Assembly: GCA_951406725.2 (NCBI GenBank)
Contig: OX597837.1
Span: 25,668,001-25,732,000 of the forward strand
Reading direction: 5' to 3'
Source: Octopus vulgaris
Lineage: Eukaryota
DNA: 64,000 bases
A program made the translations under genes and the position numbers. Of this stretch, positions 10,561 to 62,459 are shown piece after piece. The notes beneath the pieces were generated by a model. It was not told where the DNA came from, made no database searches, and was given only the letters and a program-made list of their open reading frames with translations. Positions within the stretch are counted from its first letter, which is position 1. Every line of letters starts with the position of its first letter.

Positions 10561-12531
10561 TTCCAGCATGGAAAGTGGACACTAAATGATGATGATATCC
10601 CTTAATTTTTTGTGATTCCACAACAATTTGTCTTATTTCATCTTTCAAGCAGTTCCCTTCAAATACATCACTACTTTACAATCTTAGATACTTCTCACTG
10701 ACCCCTTAACCTCAAATGCTTATGTTCTCCAAATTTGTAACTGCTATGCCCTTGCTGTTGCTACTTCTTATCTTTGCAACCCTGTAACCCTCTTTTGCTA
10801 CCATACTCCAAACCTTATACCATTCTCAGACCCTCTTCCTCTTGTCATCAATCTCTCTTTCCAAATTCATCGTCCCACCAGCATGTTTCCAAGTGTCTCA
10901 GTGGCCCTCATGCCTGTCCACGCACCTTATCAATGGCCCCAACAATGATTCCCAAACACTTCCCATAGAAAATAGAAAAAATAATCATTTTAAGTTATTT
11001 GAAAAACTGAGTAAACTTTATTCTAATAACAAATGTTTTTACAACAATTTTTTGCTGGAATCTAAGACAAATTTGAAGTTTGTACAATCAGTAATTAGAA
11101 GTAAATAATAAGTGATCCTATATCTTCTGTCTTTGAGACAGGAAAGAAAGATCTGGAAACTTTAAAAAAATAAAAAATATTCTTCAAGAAACAAACTAAT
11201 TCTATATAACAATTAAAAATATCAGAAATATTTTTATAATCAGTTTTGAAAATAAAACAGTAACTGTTTTATTTCTTTTCTTTTTAGGATAAGAAATGAG
11301 ATTTAATGGTGTCTGTTATTTAAATCAACATGACGTGAAAGAAAAAAAAAAAAACAACAAAAGAATCTATGCCAATAGATTGTGAGATAGCAAAATATTT
11401 GAATAAATTTTACTTACTACATTGGTTTTATTCGATTGAAGAGTGTTTTAATGAAATAAGTTGTTGCCTAGCATTTTATTTGCATTATTTGCTAATCCAC
11501 TAAAGGAAATAAAAACTAATAAGTGTAAAAACCATTGGTTTATTCTGAATGTCATTTCTTCCTCTACTTTATAAAAATGAAATTTTTGAATGTGGTAAAC
11601 ATCAAGTTTGTATCATAGTCATAGAAACCTTCTTCAAAATTTCATTTCAACTATTTACGTTATGCCATAACTACAAATGTCAACAATATGGGGGGGTAGT
11701 TTCTTCAATTATTTCAAATGTTTTAGCCAGAGAAGAAAGGACAGTCTCTGTGACCATATTACGAGGTCTCTGAGACTGTTGGTTATAAGGGAAAGAGAGG
11801 AACAAACCACAACTTATTGGTTATCCTTTGACCAGAGGGAAACTTCATTCAAATAATTGCAACAGAGTGGACTCTGTTAGAGGCAGCTAAAGACCTGGTG
11901 GCCGATGTTAATCCAAGTATTGGATGCAAAGAAGGCAGATCTAAGAGTCATGGAAATATTGAAGTGATGAAGTTTATTTTGTTTTATGCTTCGAATTTTG
12001 GCACAAGGCCAGTAATTTTAGGGGAATGGATTTGGTCGATTACATTGACCCCCCAGTACTTATAGGCTATGGCCAAGTGGGGGAATTGCCTTGAATTTCC
12101 TTAATGTCACGAAGAAAATGGAATGTAAAAATCTCTATCGTTTTTGTAACTACAACCAACTTCAATAGTTGAAAGTTTGCAGTATAAAATGTTTTGATAA
12201 TAATAATAAAACATCAATACTTATACACATTGGGGTATTAGGGACAAAAGCATGAAATTATTTGAATGATAATTCCTTAGAAAAGCTTAAATATCAAATC
12301 ATAATTGGAGTGAATGTCAACAATAAAAGTGACGAACACTGTTAAGACTAAGAACATATAAAGCAGGTGATAGCTTATGAGACAAAAGGTCACCATTTGA
12401 TCGTTATGAAGGTAGAGTTCAACAAAATTCAATCAAAAATACAGGAACGGATGTATTTCTTAATCAACTCACTGCCAACCCTGTCAGATATTTAGGCAAT
12501 TCATAACATGGTTATCTGCAGGATCCACCAA

Positions 12532-12973
12532 TGGACATGGCAATAATAACAACTTCTAATTTAGGCAAAAGGTCAGCAATTTTAGAGGGAAGGGATCAGT
12601 TGATATCACTGATCCCAGGACTTGACTGGCCCATCAATTTATTGATCTCAGAAGGGTATAAATTATGTAGGGGGCAAGCTGGACATGGCAATAATAACAA
12701 CTTCTAATTTAGGCAGAAGGTCAGCAATTTTAGAGGGAAGGGATCAGTTGATATTATTGATCCCAGGACTTGACTGGCCCATCAATTTATTGATCTCAGA
12801 AGGGTCAAAATTATGTGGGGGGCAAGCTGGACATGGCAATAATAACATCTTCTAATTTAGGCACAAGGTCAGCAATTTTAGAGGGAAGGGATCAGTTGAT
12901 ATTATTGATCCCAGGACTTGACTGGCCCATCAATTTATTGATCTCAGAAGGGTCAAAATTATGTGGGGGGCAA
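12532..12973. repeat. 3 x 148-bp tandem repeat derived from a degenerate SINE-B tail
   Basis: TGGACATGGCAATAATAAC recurs at 12532, 12680 and 12828. Confidence 0.9.
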
Positions 12974-13039
12974 ACTGGGGTTGAGCTCAAGATGCAGAGA
13001 GCCATAACTGAATATCACAAACATAATAAAAATAATAAT

Positions 13040-14230
13040 GATAATAATCCTTTCTACTAAAACTACAAGGCCTGAAATTTTGGGTAAGGGGACTAGTCAA
13101 TTACACTGATCCTAGTGTTTCACTGGTGCTTAATTTATTGACCCCCAAAAGAATGAAAGGCAAGTCGACCTCGGTGGAATTTGAACTCAGAATGTAAAGG
13201 TGTGCAAAATGCTGCTAAGCGTTTTACCTGGCGTGCTTAACGATTCCGCCAGCTGGCTGCCTTAATAATAATAAGTTCAAATTTTGGCATGAGGCCATAA
13301 TTCAGGGGAAGGGGCAAGTTGATTACATCAATCCCAGTACACAATTAGTACTTATTTTATCAACCTCAAAAGGATGAAAGGTAAAGCTGACCTCGGTGGA
13401 ATTTGAACTCAGAATGTAAAGACAGATGTAACACTGCTAAGCATTTTGCCTGGCATGTTTACGATTCTGCCAGCTCACTGCCTTTTTAATAATTTTTTTC
13501 TATTATAGGATCAAGGCCTGAAATTTGAGGGGAGGGGACTGGTGAAATACACTCACCCCAGTGTTACACTGGTACTTAATTTATCAACCCCAAAAGGACG
13601 AAAGGCAAAATCGACCTCGGCAGAATTTGAACTCAGAACGTAGCGATTGGTGAAATACCGCTAAGCATTGTCCAGTGTGCTAGCAATTCTGCCAGCTTGC
13701 TGCCTTAATAATGATAGTAGTAGTAGTAGTAGAAGTAATAGTAGTAGTAGTAGTAGTAGTAATAATAATTATAATGGTTTCAAATTTTGGCACAAGGCCA
13801 GCAATTTTGGGGGAGAAGAAAGCCAATTAGATTAATCCCAGAGTTCAACCGGTACTTATTTTATCAACCCTGAAATGATGAAAGGTAAAGTCAACCTCAG
13901 TGGAATTTGAACAGAGAACAAAGTGATGGACAAAATGCCACTAACCATTTTACCCAGCAAGCTAACAATTCTACCAGTTCACTGCCTTACAACAACAACA
14001 ACAACGATTTCAAATTTTGGCATAAAGCAAGTTCGGGGAAGGGGTTTAAGTCAATTACATTGACCCCAATGTTCAACTGGTACTTATTTTATCAACCTTG
14101 AAAGGATGAAAGGCAAAGTTGACCTTGGTGGTATTTGGTGGTAAGTATTTGAACTCAGAATGTAAAAACTCAGAGGACATGCCTCTGGGCATTTTGTCCA
14201 ACACACTATTCTGCCAGCTTGCCACTTCAA
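13040..14230 (-). mobile_element. Head-to-tail cluster of ~5 SINE family B copies separated by (AAT)n/(TAG)n/(AAC)n; similar clusters at 15020-15945 and 16555-17310
   Basis: Repeated GAATTTGAACTCAGAA...GCTAAGCATTT...CTGCCAGCT heads, all in the same orientation. Confidence 0.85.
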
Positions 14231-14987
14231 CAGCAACAACAACAATTTCAAGCGTTAGTAGAGAGCGACTGATTTAAAGCATTGTTGTCAAGTAAACCCA
14301 ATTTTTTCCTGGTAAACATACTGTTGCCCTCAAAGGGGGACATAGCTCATGTGTAGCATTCTAAATATAATAATGGTTTCTTACATCTTGAAAAAATTGA
14401 GTGTTGTGATGTTGAAGATAGGTTTACAATGCACATAGAACAGTCTTCTTCTCTAGAGTAAAAGAAAACAGATGAAAAGATGTTCGATTCTTGCTAATAC
14501 TTAACTTGGTGCTTATAGTTTTGGGTTCAGGTCAATCCAGGGTCAATTAGTTTTTTCCATCTTCTCATGAAATGGATACGAGCACAGGCATGAAGGTAAG
14601 AAGATTATCAAGAAATGCTTTTAGGGTTTTTGTTGAGACTGAAATATCCTTGAGGTAAATAAATAAATATATATATATAAAAAAAAGTTTGAATTTTATT
14701 TGCCAGTTTTTGATTTTTGATTAGTTTCAGAAATTACAAAAAAAAAAAAAAAAAAAAAAAAAAAGGTAGGGGAGGTCTTAAAATTATTGTTGTTTAAAAG
14801 AATGTCGGAAACGGTTACCACATGAAGAAATGAAAGGATGGTAGTTGGCAGTAAAATTAATATTACACCATAGCAGAAACAGAATATATAAGATACACAT
14901 CTGAATAGTGATAGATTTTTCACATCAATACAAATTTCTGAATAGCAAACTATATTCTCTTTAAAAAATCTGAAACTCATCATAAGA

Positions 14988-15020
<33 letters not shown>

Positions 15021-17610
15021 CATCTTTTCTACTATAGACACAGGGTCTGAAATTTTGCGGGGAAGGAGACTAGTGGATTAAATTGATCTCTGCACTGAAC
15101 TAGTACTGAAAAGATGAAAGTCAAGATCAACCTCAGCAGAATTTGAACTCAGAATGTACAACCGGAAGAAATGCCGCTAAGCATTTTGTTTGGTAGGCTA
15201 ACGATTCTGCCAGTTTGCCACCTTAATGATAATAATCCTTTCTACTATAAGGTACAGAGCCTGAAATACGGGAGAAGGGGACAGTTGATTACATCAACCC
15301 CAACTGTTTCACTGGTAGTTATCTTAACCCCGGAAAGATGAAAAGCAAAGGCAATCTCAGTGGAATTTGAACTCAGAATGTAGCAGCAGATAAAATACCT
15401 ATTTTTTTACTACCCACAAGGGGCTAAACACAGAGAGGACAAACAAGGACAGACAAACGGATTAAGACGATTATATCGACCCCAGTGCATAACTGGTACT
15501 TAATTTATCGACCCCGAAAAGATGAAAGGCAAAGTCGACCTTGGCGGAATTTGAACTCAGAACGTAACGACAGATGAAATACCACTAAGCATTTTGCCCG
15601 GCGTGCTAATGTTTCTGCCAGCTCGCCGCCTTCAGCAGATAAAATACCTATTTCTTTATTACCCACAAGGGGCTAAACACAGAGAAGACAAACAAGGACA
15701 GACAAACGGATTAAGTCGATTATATCGACCCCAGTGCGTAACTGGTACTTAATTTATCGACCCCGAAAGGATGAAAGGCAAAGTCGACCTCGGCGGAATT
15801 TGAACTCAGAACGTAACGACAGACGAAATACCGCTAAGCATTTCGCCTGGCGTGCTAATGTTTCTGCCAGCTCGCCGCCTTCAGCAGATAAAATACCACC
15901 AGGCATTTCACCTAGCATGCTAATGATTCTGCCAGCTCATCACCTTACACTTTAATGATGATAATAATAATAATAATAATGATAATAAATTTCTATGAAA
16001 CAAAAGGAAAATAGAGGAATATTTATAAAACATACATTTTTTTTCTCATTTAACAAAAAAACTGGAAAAATAATGAATTTACTGAATTTTAAACATTTCC
16101 TAATTTTAAAATGTTTTTAGTTATATATGGTTAGACAATATACAACATTTCACAGAAATGGTTGATGTTATGATTTATAGGACTAAAAGTTATGGTCTTT
16201 AGTGAAAGTAATTCTTCAAAATATAGAACTGAAAATTTTCTGAGATTTACGAACATCTGAGAAAGTTGCTTCAGTAGAATTCCACGACCAATTTATAGTT
16301 TTGCATTTTGCCAGAAACTGTTTATTTTTAGGATATTTTAATTTGAGACACATTTTTAAAAAAAAACATCAAAGAAGACGATTTTAAAATAAAAAAAAAA
16401 AGAAGCAATCTGAAGTTTAATGAAATATCAATTGATGATGTTTATAGAAACGGTACAAAATGAAGAGATATCTCTAAAGTAACTATGGAGGAGAATGACA
16501 AACAATAATAGTAGTAGTAGTAGTAATAATAATAATGATAATATTAATAATAACGGTTTCAAATTTTGGCACAAGGCCAGAAGTTTTGTGAAAGGGGCTA
16601 AAATACATCGACACCAGTGCTAAACTGGTATTTATTTTATCGACACCCTGAGTGGATGAAAGGCAAAGTTAACCTTGGTGGAATTTGAACTCAGAATATA
16701 CAGATGGATGTCTGTATATTCTGCCACTAAGCCTTTTTGCCTGCGATTCTAACAATATTGCCAGCTTGCTGCCTTATTAACGACAAAATAATACAAATAA
16801 TAATTATTTCAAATTTTGGCACAAGGCCAGTAATTTTTTGGGGAAGGGGCTAAATGAATTACATTGACCCCAGTGCTCAACTGGTACTTATTTTATTGAC
16901 CCCAAGAGGATGAAAAAAGCAAAGTTGACCTCAGTGGAATTTGAATCCCAGAATGTACAGATAGAAAATATTCTGCTAAGCATTTTTGCCTGGCATGCTA
17001 ACGATTCTGCCAGCTTACTGCCTTTAATAATAATAATAATAGTAGTAGTAGTAACAATAATAGTAGTAGTAGTAGTAGTAGTAGTAGTAACAATAATAAT
17101 AATAATCCTTTCTACTAAAGACACAAGACCTGAAATTTTGAGGGAGGGGACTAGTCAATTACATCAACCCCAGTGTATCACTGGTACTTAATTTATCAAC
17201 CCTGAAAGGATGAAAGGCAAAGTTAACCCTGGTAAAATTTGAACATAGAACGTACAGAATGATGAAATTCTGCTAAGCTTTTTTGCCTGACATACTAACA
17301 ATTCTATCACCTTGATAATAATAATAATAATAATGATAATAATATTGGTTATCTTTTCCAACACTGAAATATTTCTGCCGTTTGGATGTCAATCTGGTGA
17401 AGTGTTATGTTGTATGAACAATTGCTGAACTTTAAAAAAGAAGTTATTCATTTCGAAATTTGTATTGTGTTGTTATAAGAATAATGTTTACTCACGACAA
17501 AGGAAAACGAACAGTGAAGTTTGGATTAATGGGGTCCAGGACTTCAGAACTTTAAACCTCTCACACCACTCTATTACTTCAGATCCTCCTTTAATTAGTT
17601 AATTAATTAA

Positions 17611-17616
17611 TTTATT
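17611..17616 (-). terminator. Candidate AATAAA polyadenylation signal for MTCH (3'UTR ~430 nt)
   Basis: AATAAA on the minus strand downstream of the stop codon; the context is AT-rich, so a chance match is possible. Confidence 0.35.
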
Positions 17617-18041
17617 TACTTTTTTTTTTTTTAGGGAAATTTGATGATGAAGTAAGAAAAGGTAAAACAAAATCTGAAACATGTTCAAGTAGGGAAACTT
17701 GTCGGAAGACAGGACGGGGTGAGGTGGGGTGGGGGAGAGGACAACACAAACTTTCCTTGGTGGTGTGCTACAGAGTTGTAGAGAATACCTAGAACTGGAA
17801 ACTAATGCTTGGTTGGTGTCATACTGGTTTTTGGAGTCAAAGAGTTGTGAAATAGCAAGTACAAGTTTTAGAGTAGATTTTGTAATTTTTTTTTTTTTTT
17901 TTTTCAAATTCCAAACCAAAAATATTTTGAATTGGAACAAACATTTCGTTTTCTCTCAGATTCTACAACAGTCAATGTTATTGCATGGTTGACAAAATAG
18001 GCACAGGTTCCTTTCCCAAAAAGAATCAAATTCTTTGCCAT

Positions 18042-57393
<39,352 letters not shown>

Positions 57394-57559
57394 TGTGGCA
57401 GAGTGAAATCAAATATGAAAACCTTAAATGACTGGAAAGTCCTACAACAAAGGACAGTAACTCTAGAATAGAGCTTTCTCAATTATCTCCCTCTTCGGCT
57501 AGTGTTGAAATCTTGAAATTTTCAACTTTGGAGTCAGTTCTTGTCAGAGTTTTCGCTTT

Positions 57560-58152
57560 GAGCTGGCAGAAACGTTAGCACGCCGGGCGAAATGCTTAGC
57601 AGTATTTCGTCTGCCACTACGTTCTGAGTTCAAATTCCGCCGAGGTCGACTTTACCTTTCATCCTTTCGGGGTCGATAAATTAAGTACCAGTTACGCACT
57701 GGAGTCGATGTAATCGAATCAATCCGTTTGTCTGTCCTTGTTTGTCCTCTCTGTGTTTGGTCCCTTGTGGGTAGTAAAGAAATAGGTATTTCGTCTGCCG
57801 TTACGTTCTGAGTTCAAATTCCGCCGAGGTCGACTTTACCTGTCATCCTTTCGGGGTCAATTAAATAAGTACCAGTTACGCACTGGGTCGATATAATCGA
57901 ATTAATCCGTTTGTCTGTCCTTATTTGTCCTTTCTGTGTTTGGCCCCTTGTGGGTAGTAAAGAAATAGGTATTTCGTCTGCTGCTACGTTCTGAGTTCAA
58001 ATTCCGCCGAGGTCGACTTTACCTGTCATCCTTTCGGGGTCAATTAAATAAGTGCCAGTTACGCACTGGGGTCGATATAATCGAATCAATCCGTTTGTCT
58101 ATCCTTGTTTGTCCCCTCTGTGTTTGGCCCCTTATGGGTAGTAAAGAAATAG
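57560..58152 (+). mobile_element. tRNA-derived SINE family B, three-unit array (core GACTTTGCCTTTCATCCTTTCGGGGTCGATAAATTAAGTACCAG). Other copies: 190-420, 8160-8382, 9421-9640, 28473-28705, 38960-39615, 48652-48885 and many degraded ones
   Basis: A box CTGGCAGAAACGTT and B box GAGTTCAAATTCC; many copies, several with TSDs (e.g. CTTTACCACCT around the 8160-8382 copy). Confidence 0.9.
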
Positions 58153-58579
58153 GTCTTTTTAAAAAGCATTTGACTATGAAATTCTTAGTTTGACAGGCTT
58201 GGCTTGTGGTTAAGAAACTCGCTTTGCAGCTACGAGGTTTCGGGTTCAGACCTACTGCGTGGCACCTTGGGCAAATATTTTCTACTATAGACCTAAGCTA
58301 GCCAATGTCTGATGAATGAATTTGGTAGACGGGTACAGAGTGGAGGCCTGTTGTATATATTTGTGTATGTAAATATGTCTTGCTGTTCTTCCCTATCACT
58401 GCTTGATAACCGGTATTGGTTTGTTTACATCTCTGTAACTTAACGAGTCAGCAAATAATTTCTGAAAGAAAAAGTACCAGACTTTAAAAAAATGTACTGG
58501 CGTCTATTTGTTCAACTAAATTCATCAAGACAGTGCTCCAGTATGGCCACAGTTCAATGATTGAAACAAGTAAAAGAGA

Positions 58580-60235
58580 GTCTGGTTCACATGCTTCATT
58601 TGACAGTCTCCACACATATTCTTGGTAGGTGGTCAGAAATAAGGTAAAGGATGGCTTGTCTGAGAAAATAACCTTCTTCCACTGCTCTAGGGACCAATTC
58701 TGTAGGTTTTTACTCCACACTAAATGCTTTGCAACGTTTGTTTTTGAAAGTAGTGGTTTTCTGATTGCAACCCTCCTATGAAATCCAGCTTTGTGCAGCT
58801 CCCGGTGAACAGTTTTTGTGGAAGCTGGGTTCTCGAGGTGGTCATTAAGCTCTGCAGTAATTTTGGGGAGCTGTACTTTTGTCATCATCATCGTCGTCAT
58901 CGTCGTTTAACGTCCGCTTTCCATGCTGGCATGGGTTGGACGGTCTGACTGGGGACTGGTGAGCCAGATGGCTGTACCAGTCTGATTTCGTAGAGTTTCT
59001 ACAGCTGGATGCCCTTCCTAATGCCAACCACTCTGAGAGCGTAGTGGGCGCTTTTACATGCCACCAGCATGAGGGCCAGTCAGGTGGTACTGGCAATGGC
59101 CACACTCAAATGGTATTTTTACATGTCAGCTGCTTAGGAGCCAGGTCGGTGGCACTGGCAACACTCTTGCTCGAATGTTGTTTTTCATTTACCACTGGCA
59201 CATGTGCCAGTAAAGCGACGCTGGTAATGAACACAGTCGAATAGTGTTTTTTACGTGCCACTGGCATGGGGGCCAGTCAGCAGCCCTGGCAATGATCACA
59301 CTCTGATGGTGCTCTTAGCGCTCCACTAGCACAGATGCCAGTCATGCGGTGCTGTCATCGAATTTGATTTCGATTTCACTTGCCTCAACAGGCCTTTGCA
59401 AGCAGAGTTTAGAGTCCAATGAAAGATAGGTGTGTCTAAGTGGGCTGGTTACACCACTGGCATAGGCCACGGGTTATAGTCTCACTTGGCTTGCCAGGCC
59501 TTCTCAAGCACAGCATATTTCCAAAGGTCTCGGTCACTAGTCATTGCCTTGGTGAGGCCCTAATGTTTGAAGGTCGTGCTTCACCACCTCATCCCAGATC
59601 TTCCTGGGTCTACCTCTTCCATAGTTTCCCTCATCCGCTAGGGTGTGGCACTTTTACACGGAGCTATCCTCATCCATTCGCACCACATGACCATACCAAC
59701 GCAGTCATCTCTCTTGCACACCACATCTGATGCTTCTTAGGTCTGACTTTTCTCTCAAGGTATTTACACTCAGTCGAGTATGAACACTGACAATACACAT
59801 CCAGCGGAGCATACTAGCTTCATTCCTTGCAAGCTTACGCATGTCCTAGGCAGTCACGGCCCATGTTTCACTGCCATGTAGCATGGCTGTTCATACACAT
59901 GCATCATACAGTCTACCTTTTACTCTGAGCAAGAGGCCCTTTGTCACCAGCAGAGGTAGGAGCTCTCTGAACTTTACCCAGGCTATTCTTATTCTAGTAG
60001 CTACACTTTCAGAGCACCCATCCCTGCTACTGACTTCGTCACCTAGGTAATGGAAGCTATCAACTACTTCTATTTTTACTCCCTTTGCATAAGAGTCCTA
60101 TCTGAAAATTTTGGTTTTCTTCTGGAGTTTTGTTTCGACGAGGAGGTTTTTCTCTCTTTCTCAAAGGTTGTCATTACTTTCGGGACAGTACTTCTTGATA
60201 CACCAAGCATTTCGGCTGTTTTCGTTATGCTAGCG
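58580..60235 (-). mobile_element. Tc1-family transposase relic split by the RTE insertion (pieces 60095-60235 and 58580-58880)
   Basis: ASITKTAEMLGVSRSTVPKVM...RRKPKFSDR, then KITAELNDHLENPASTKTVHRELHKAGF...KPLLS...WKKVIFSD. Confidence 0.85.
58882..60090 (-). mobile_element. 5'-truncated RTE-clade LINE (ORF C-terminus, structured 3'UTR, (GAT)n tail) inserted in a Tc1 relic
   Basis: Minus translation MLHGSETWAV...NEASMLRWMC...RRLRWYGHVVRM...GRGRPRKIW, then the 3'UTR repeat units and GTGGTTGGCATTAGGAAGGGCATCCAGCTGTAGAAAC...GATGATGAT. Confidence 0.9.
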
Positions 60236-61034
60236 TAAGGTCCTTGGTAACATTTGTTTTTGCAATTTCCATATTTCCAACTGCTTTATCATATGTTGCT
60301 GAAAACGAAAAGTTTTCCAGAGTTTTCTCTATGACAATACGAGAACAGTTTCATTGTCCTTCACTATTATTCTGTATCCACTCCCTTCACTGAATCTATC
60401 TCTGTAGCTCTCACTGTCCCCACTCTCTCTCTCTCTCTCTCTTCCCCCTCCCTTCCCTATGTTTCCTTGCCTCTCACCCATCCTCTGGCGTTTAACGTGT
60501 TATAGTATTTGTCTTACCTGTTGGTGCTATGAATCTCATCTCTCTCACTCCCTATTTGCTCCTCTGCTTGGCTGTTTTGCTTCTCACTTCAACTATTCTC
60601 CTTCTGTGGAGGCGCAATGGCCCAGTGGTTAGGGCAGCGGACTCGCAGTTTTGATTCCCAGACCGGGCGTTCTGAGTGTTTATTGAGCGAAAACACCTAA
60701 AAGTTCCATGAGGCTCCGGCAGGGGATGGTGGTGATCCCTGCTGAACTCTTTCACCACAGCTTTCTCTCACTCTTTCTTCCTGTTTCTGTTGTACCTGTA
60801 TTTCAAAGGGCCGGCCTTGTCACTCTCTGTGTCATGCTGAATATCCCTGAGAACTACGTAAGGGTACACGTGTCTGTGGAGTGCTCAGCCACTTACACGT
60901 TAATTTCACAAGCAGGCTGTTCCGTTGATTCGGATCAACCGGAACCCTCGTCGCCGTAACCGACGGAGTGCTTCCATATTCTCCTTCTGTTTAACAAGTT
61001 TTATTTCTGTCTTCTCACTTTTTCTTTTCAAGCA

Positions 61035-61340
61035 AATGTGACGTACACCAGAAGGCTTCATTAGAATCAACAATATAGAGGTGACCATATCTTCTACGTT
61101 CATTGTTTTCAGGATGTAAGTGGCTTGTGTGATGATAGACTTGTCCTTGCAAGCAGAAACAATATAAGCCTTGACCAGTGGGTGGTGTGACATTGACTCT
61201 GAATGAGGTGAATGAATTCATTGAATTATATTTTCTGATGTTCTGACTAAGGTTTATTCCTTCAATGTTGGTACTCTCAATAAGTTGTTTTGATTGGTCA
61301 GGATATTCCTGTAGATTAGGCAAAGAAACCTTGCCATTAA
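61035..61340 (-). mobile_element. Helitron Rep/helicase N-terminal fragment
   Basis: NIRKYNSMNSFTSF...PPTGQGLYCFCLQGQVYHHTSHLHP...YGHLYIVDSNEA, resembling the conserved NIRxYNS...GPYCFRIHGQIYH...QLYI block. Confidence 0.85.
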
Positions 61341-62459
61341 GACGGCGAGCTGGCAGAAACGTTAGCACATCAGGCGAAATGTTTAGCGGTATTTCGTCAG
61401 TCATTATGCTCTGAGTTCAAATTCTGCCGAGGTCGACTTGCCTCCAGTTCATTTAGCTGGCAAAAATCAGAGGCAAAGTGGCAAAGAGGAGGAACAGACA
61501 GGGAATGAGAGAGAGGAGATTCATAGCACTGACAGGTAAGACAAATATAATGCGTCAGATGCAGGACGATGAGTGAGAGGCATGGAGACATAGAGGAAGG
61601 GGTAAGAGAGAGAGAGAGTAATTTAAGAGATGGATTCAGAAAGGCTGGAGGGTTATATCAGCCGTAATGTATTAACAACAAACAAGATGAGGACAAATAT
61701 CCGTCAAATATAAATAATGTAAATAACGTTAACGTACATAATTCCTTATCTCTTAAATACAGAACTTCAAACACACTTGTTCCCAACAATGTCTTAGTTT
61801 ACTCAGAAAGTACAGCTTCACAATCTGTAGCACTTTGATCTTTTTGGTACACTGACAAACATCCAGTTTTGGCTTCTCTTTACCTCTCTCCTCTTTAGCT
61901 ATATTCTATTGTTCTATGTTAGCTGTTTTCTGCTAGTCTTTCAGTTTTAATGCTATTCTCTTGCCATGTTAACTTAGATATGATTTCTTGCTCTAGCCAC
62001 AAACCTGGTCTGTAGTTTCTGTTATATTGTATCATCAAACTCCAAGTTGTCCTCTACATTAATGGTCTCTATTGCCTTCTTTTTGTCATGTGTAAACTAG
62101 AAAACCCTGAAAATATTTTTCGCAGAGGGATATTTTAGTTTCCTCGTGCCGGTAGCACGTAAAAAACGCCATCCGTTCGTGGCCATTGCCAGCCTCGCCT
62201 GGCCTCCGTGCCGGTGGCACGTAAAAAGCACCATCCAATCATGACCGTTTCCCAGCCCTGTCTGGCACCTGTGCTGGTGGCACGTAAAAAGCACCCACTA
62301 CACTCATGGAGTGGTTGGCATTAGGAAGGCATTCAGCTGTAGAAACATTGCCAGATCAGACTGGGCCTGGTGCAGCCTTCTGGCTTCCCAGACCCCAGTT
62401 GAACAGTCCAACCCATGCTAGCATGGAAAGCGGACCTTAAACGATGATGATGATACTGT

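Noticed and set aside
8390-10800. Pyrimidine-rich stretches with faint RT-like translation on the minus strand (e.g. GVQQGAA*TSLLF)
   Set aside because: Probably an ancient RTE relic, but too degraded to delimit reliably
60606-60670. tRNA-like sequences with A/B boxes
   Set aside because: SINE heads that continue into family bodies; no complete cloverleaf seen
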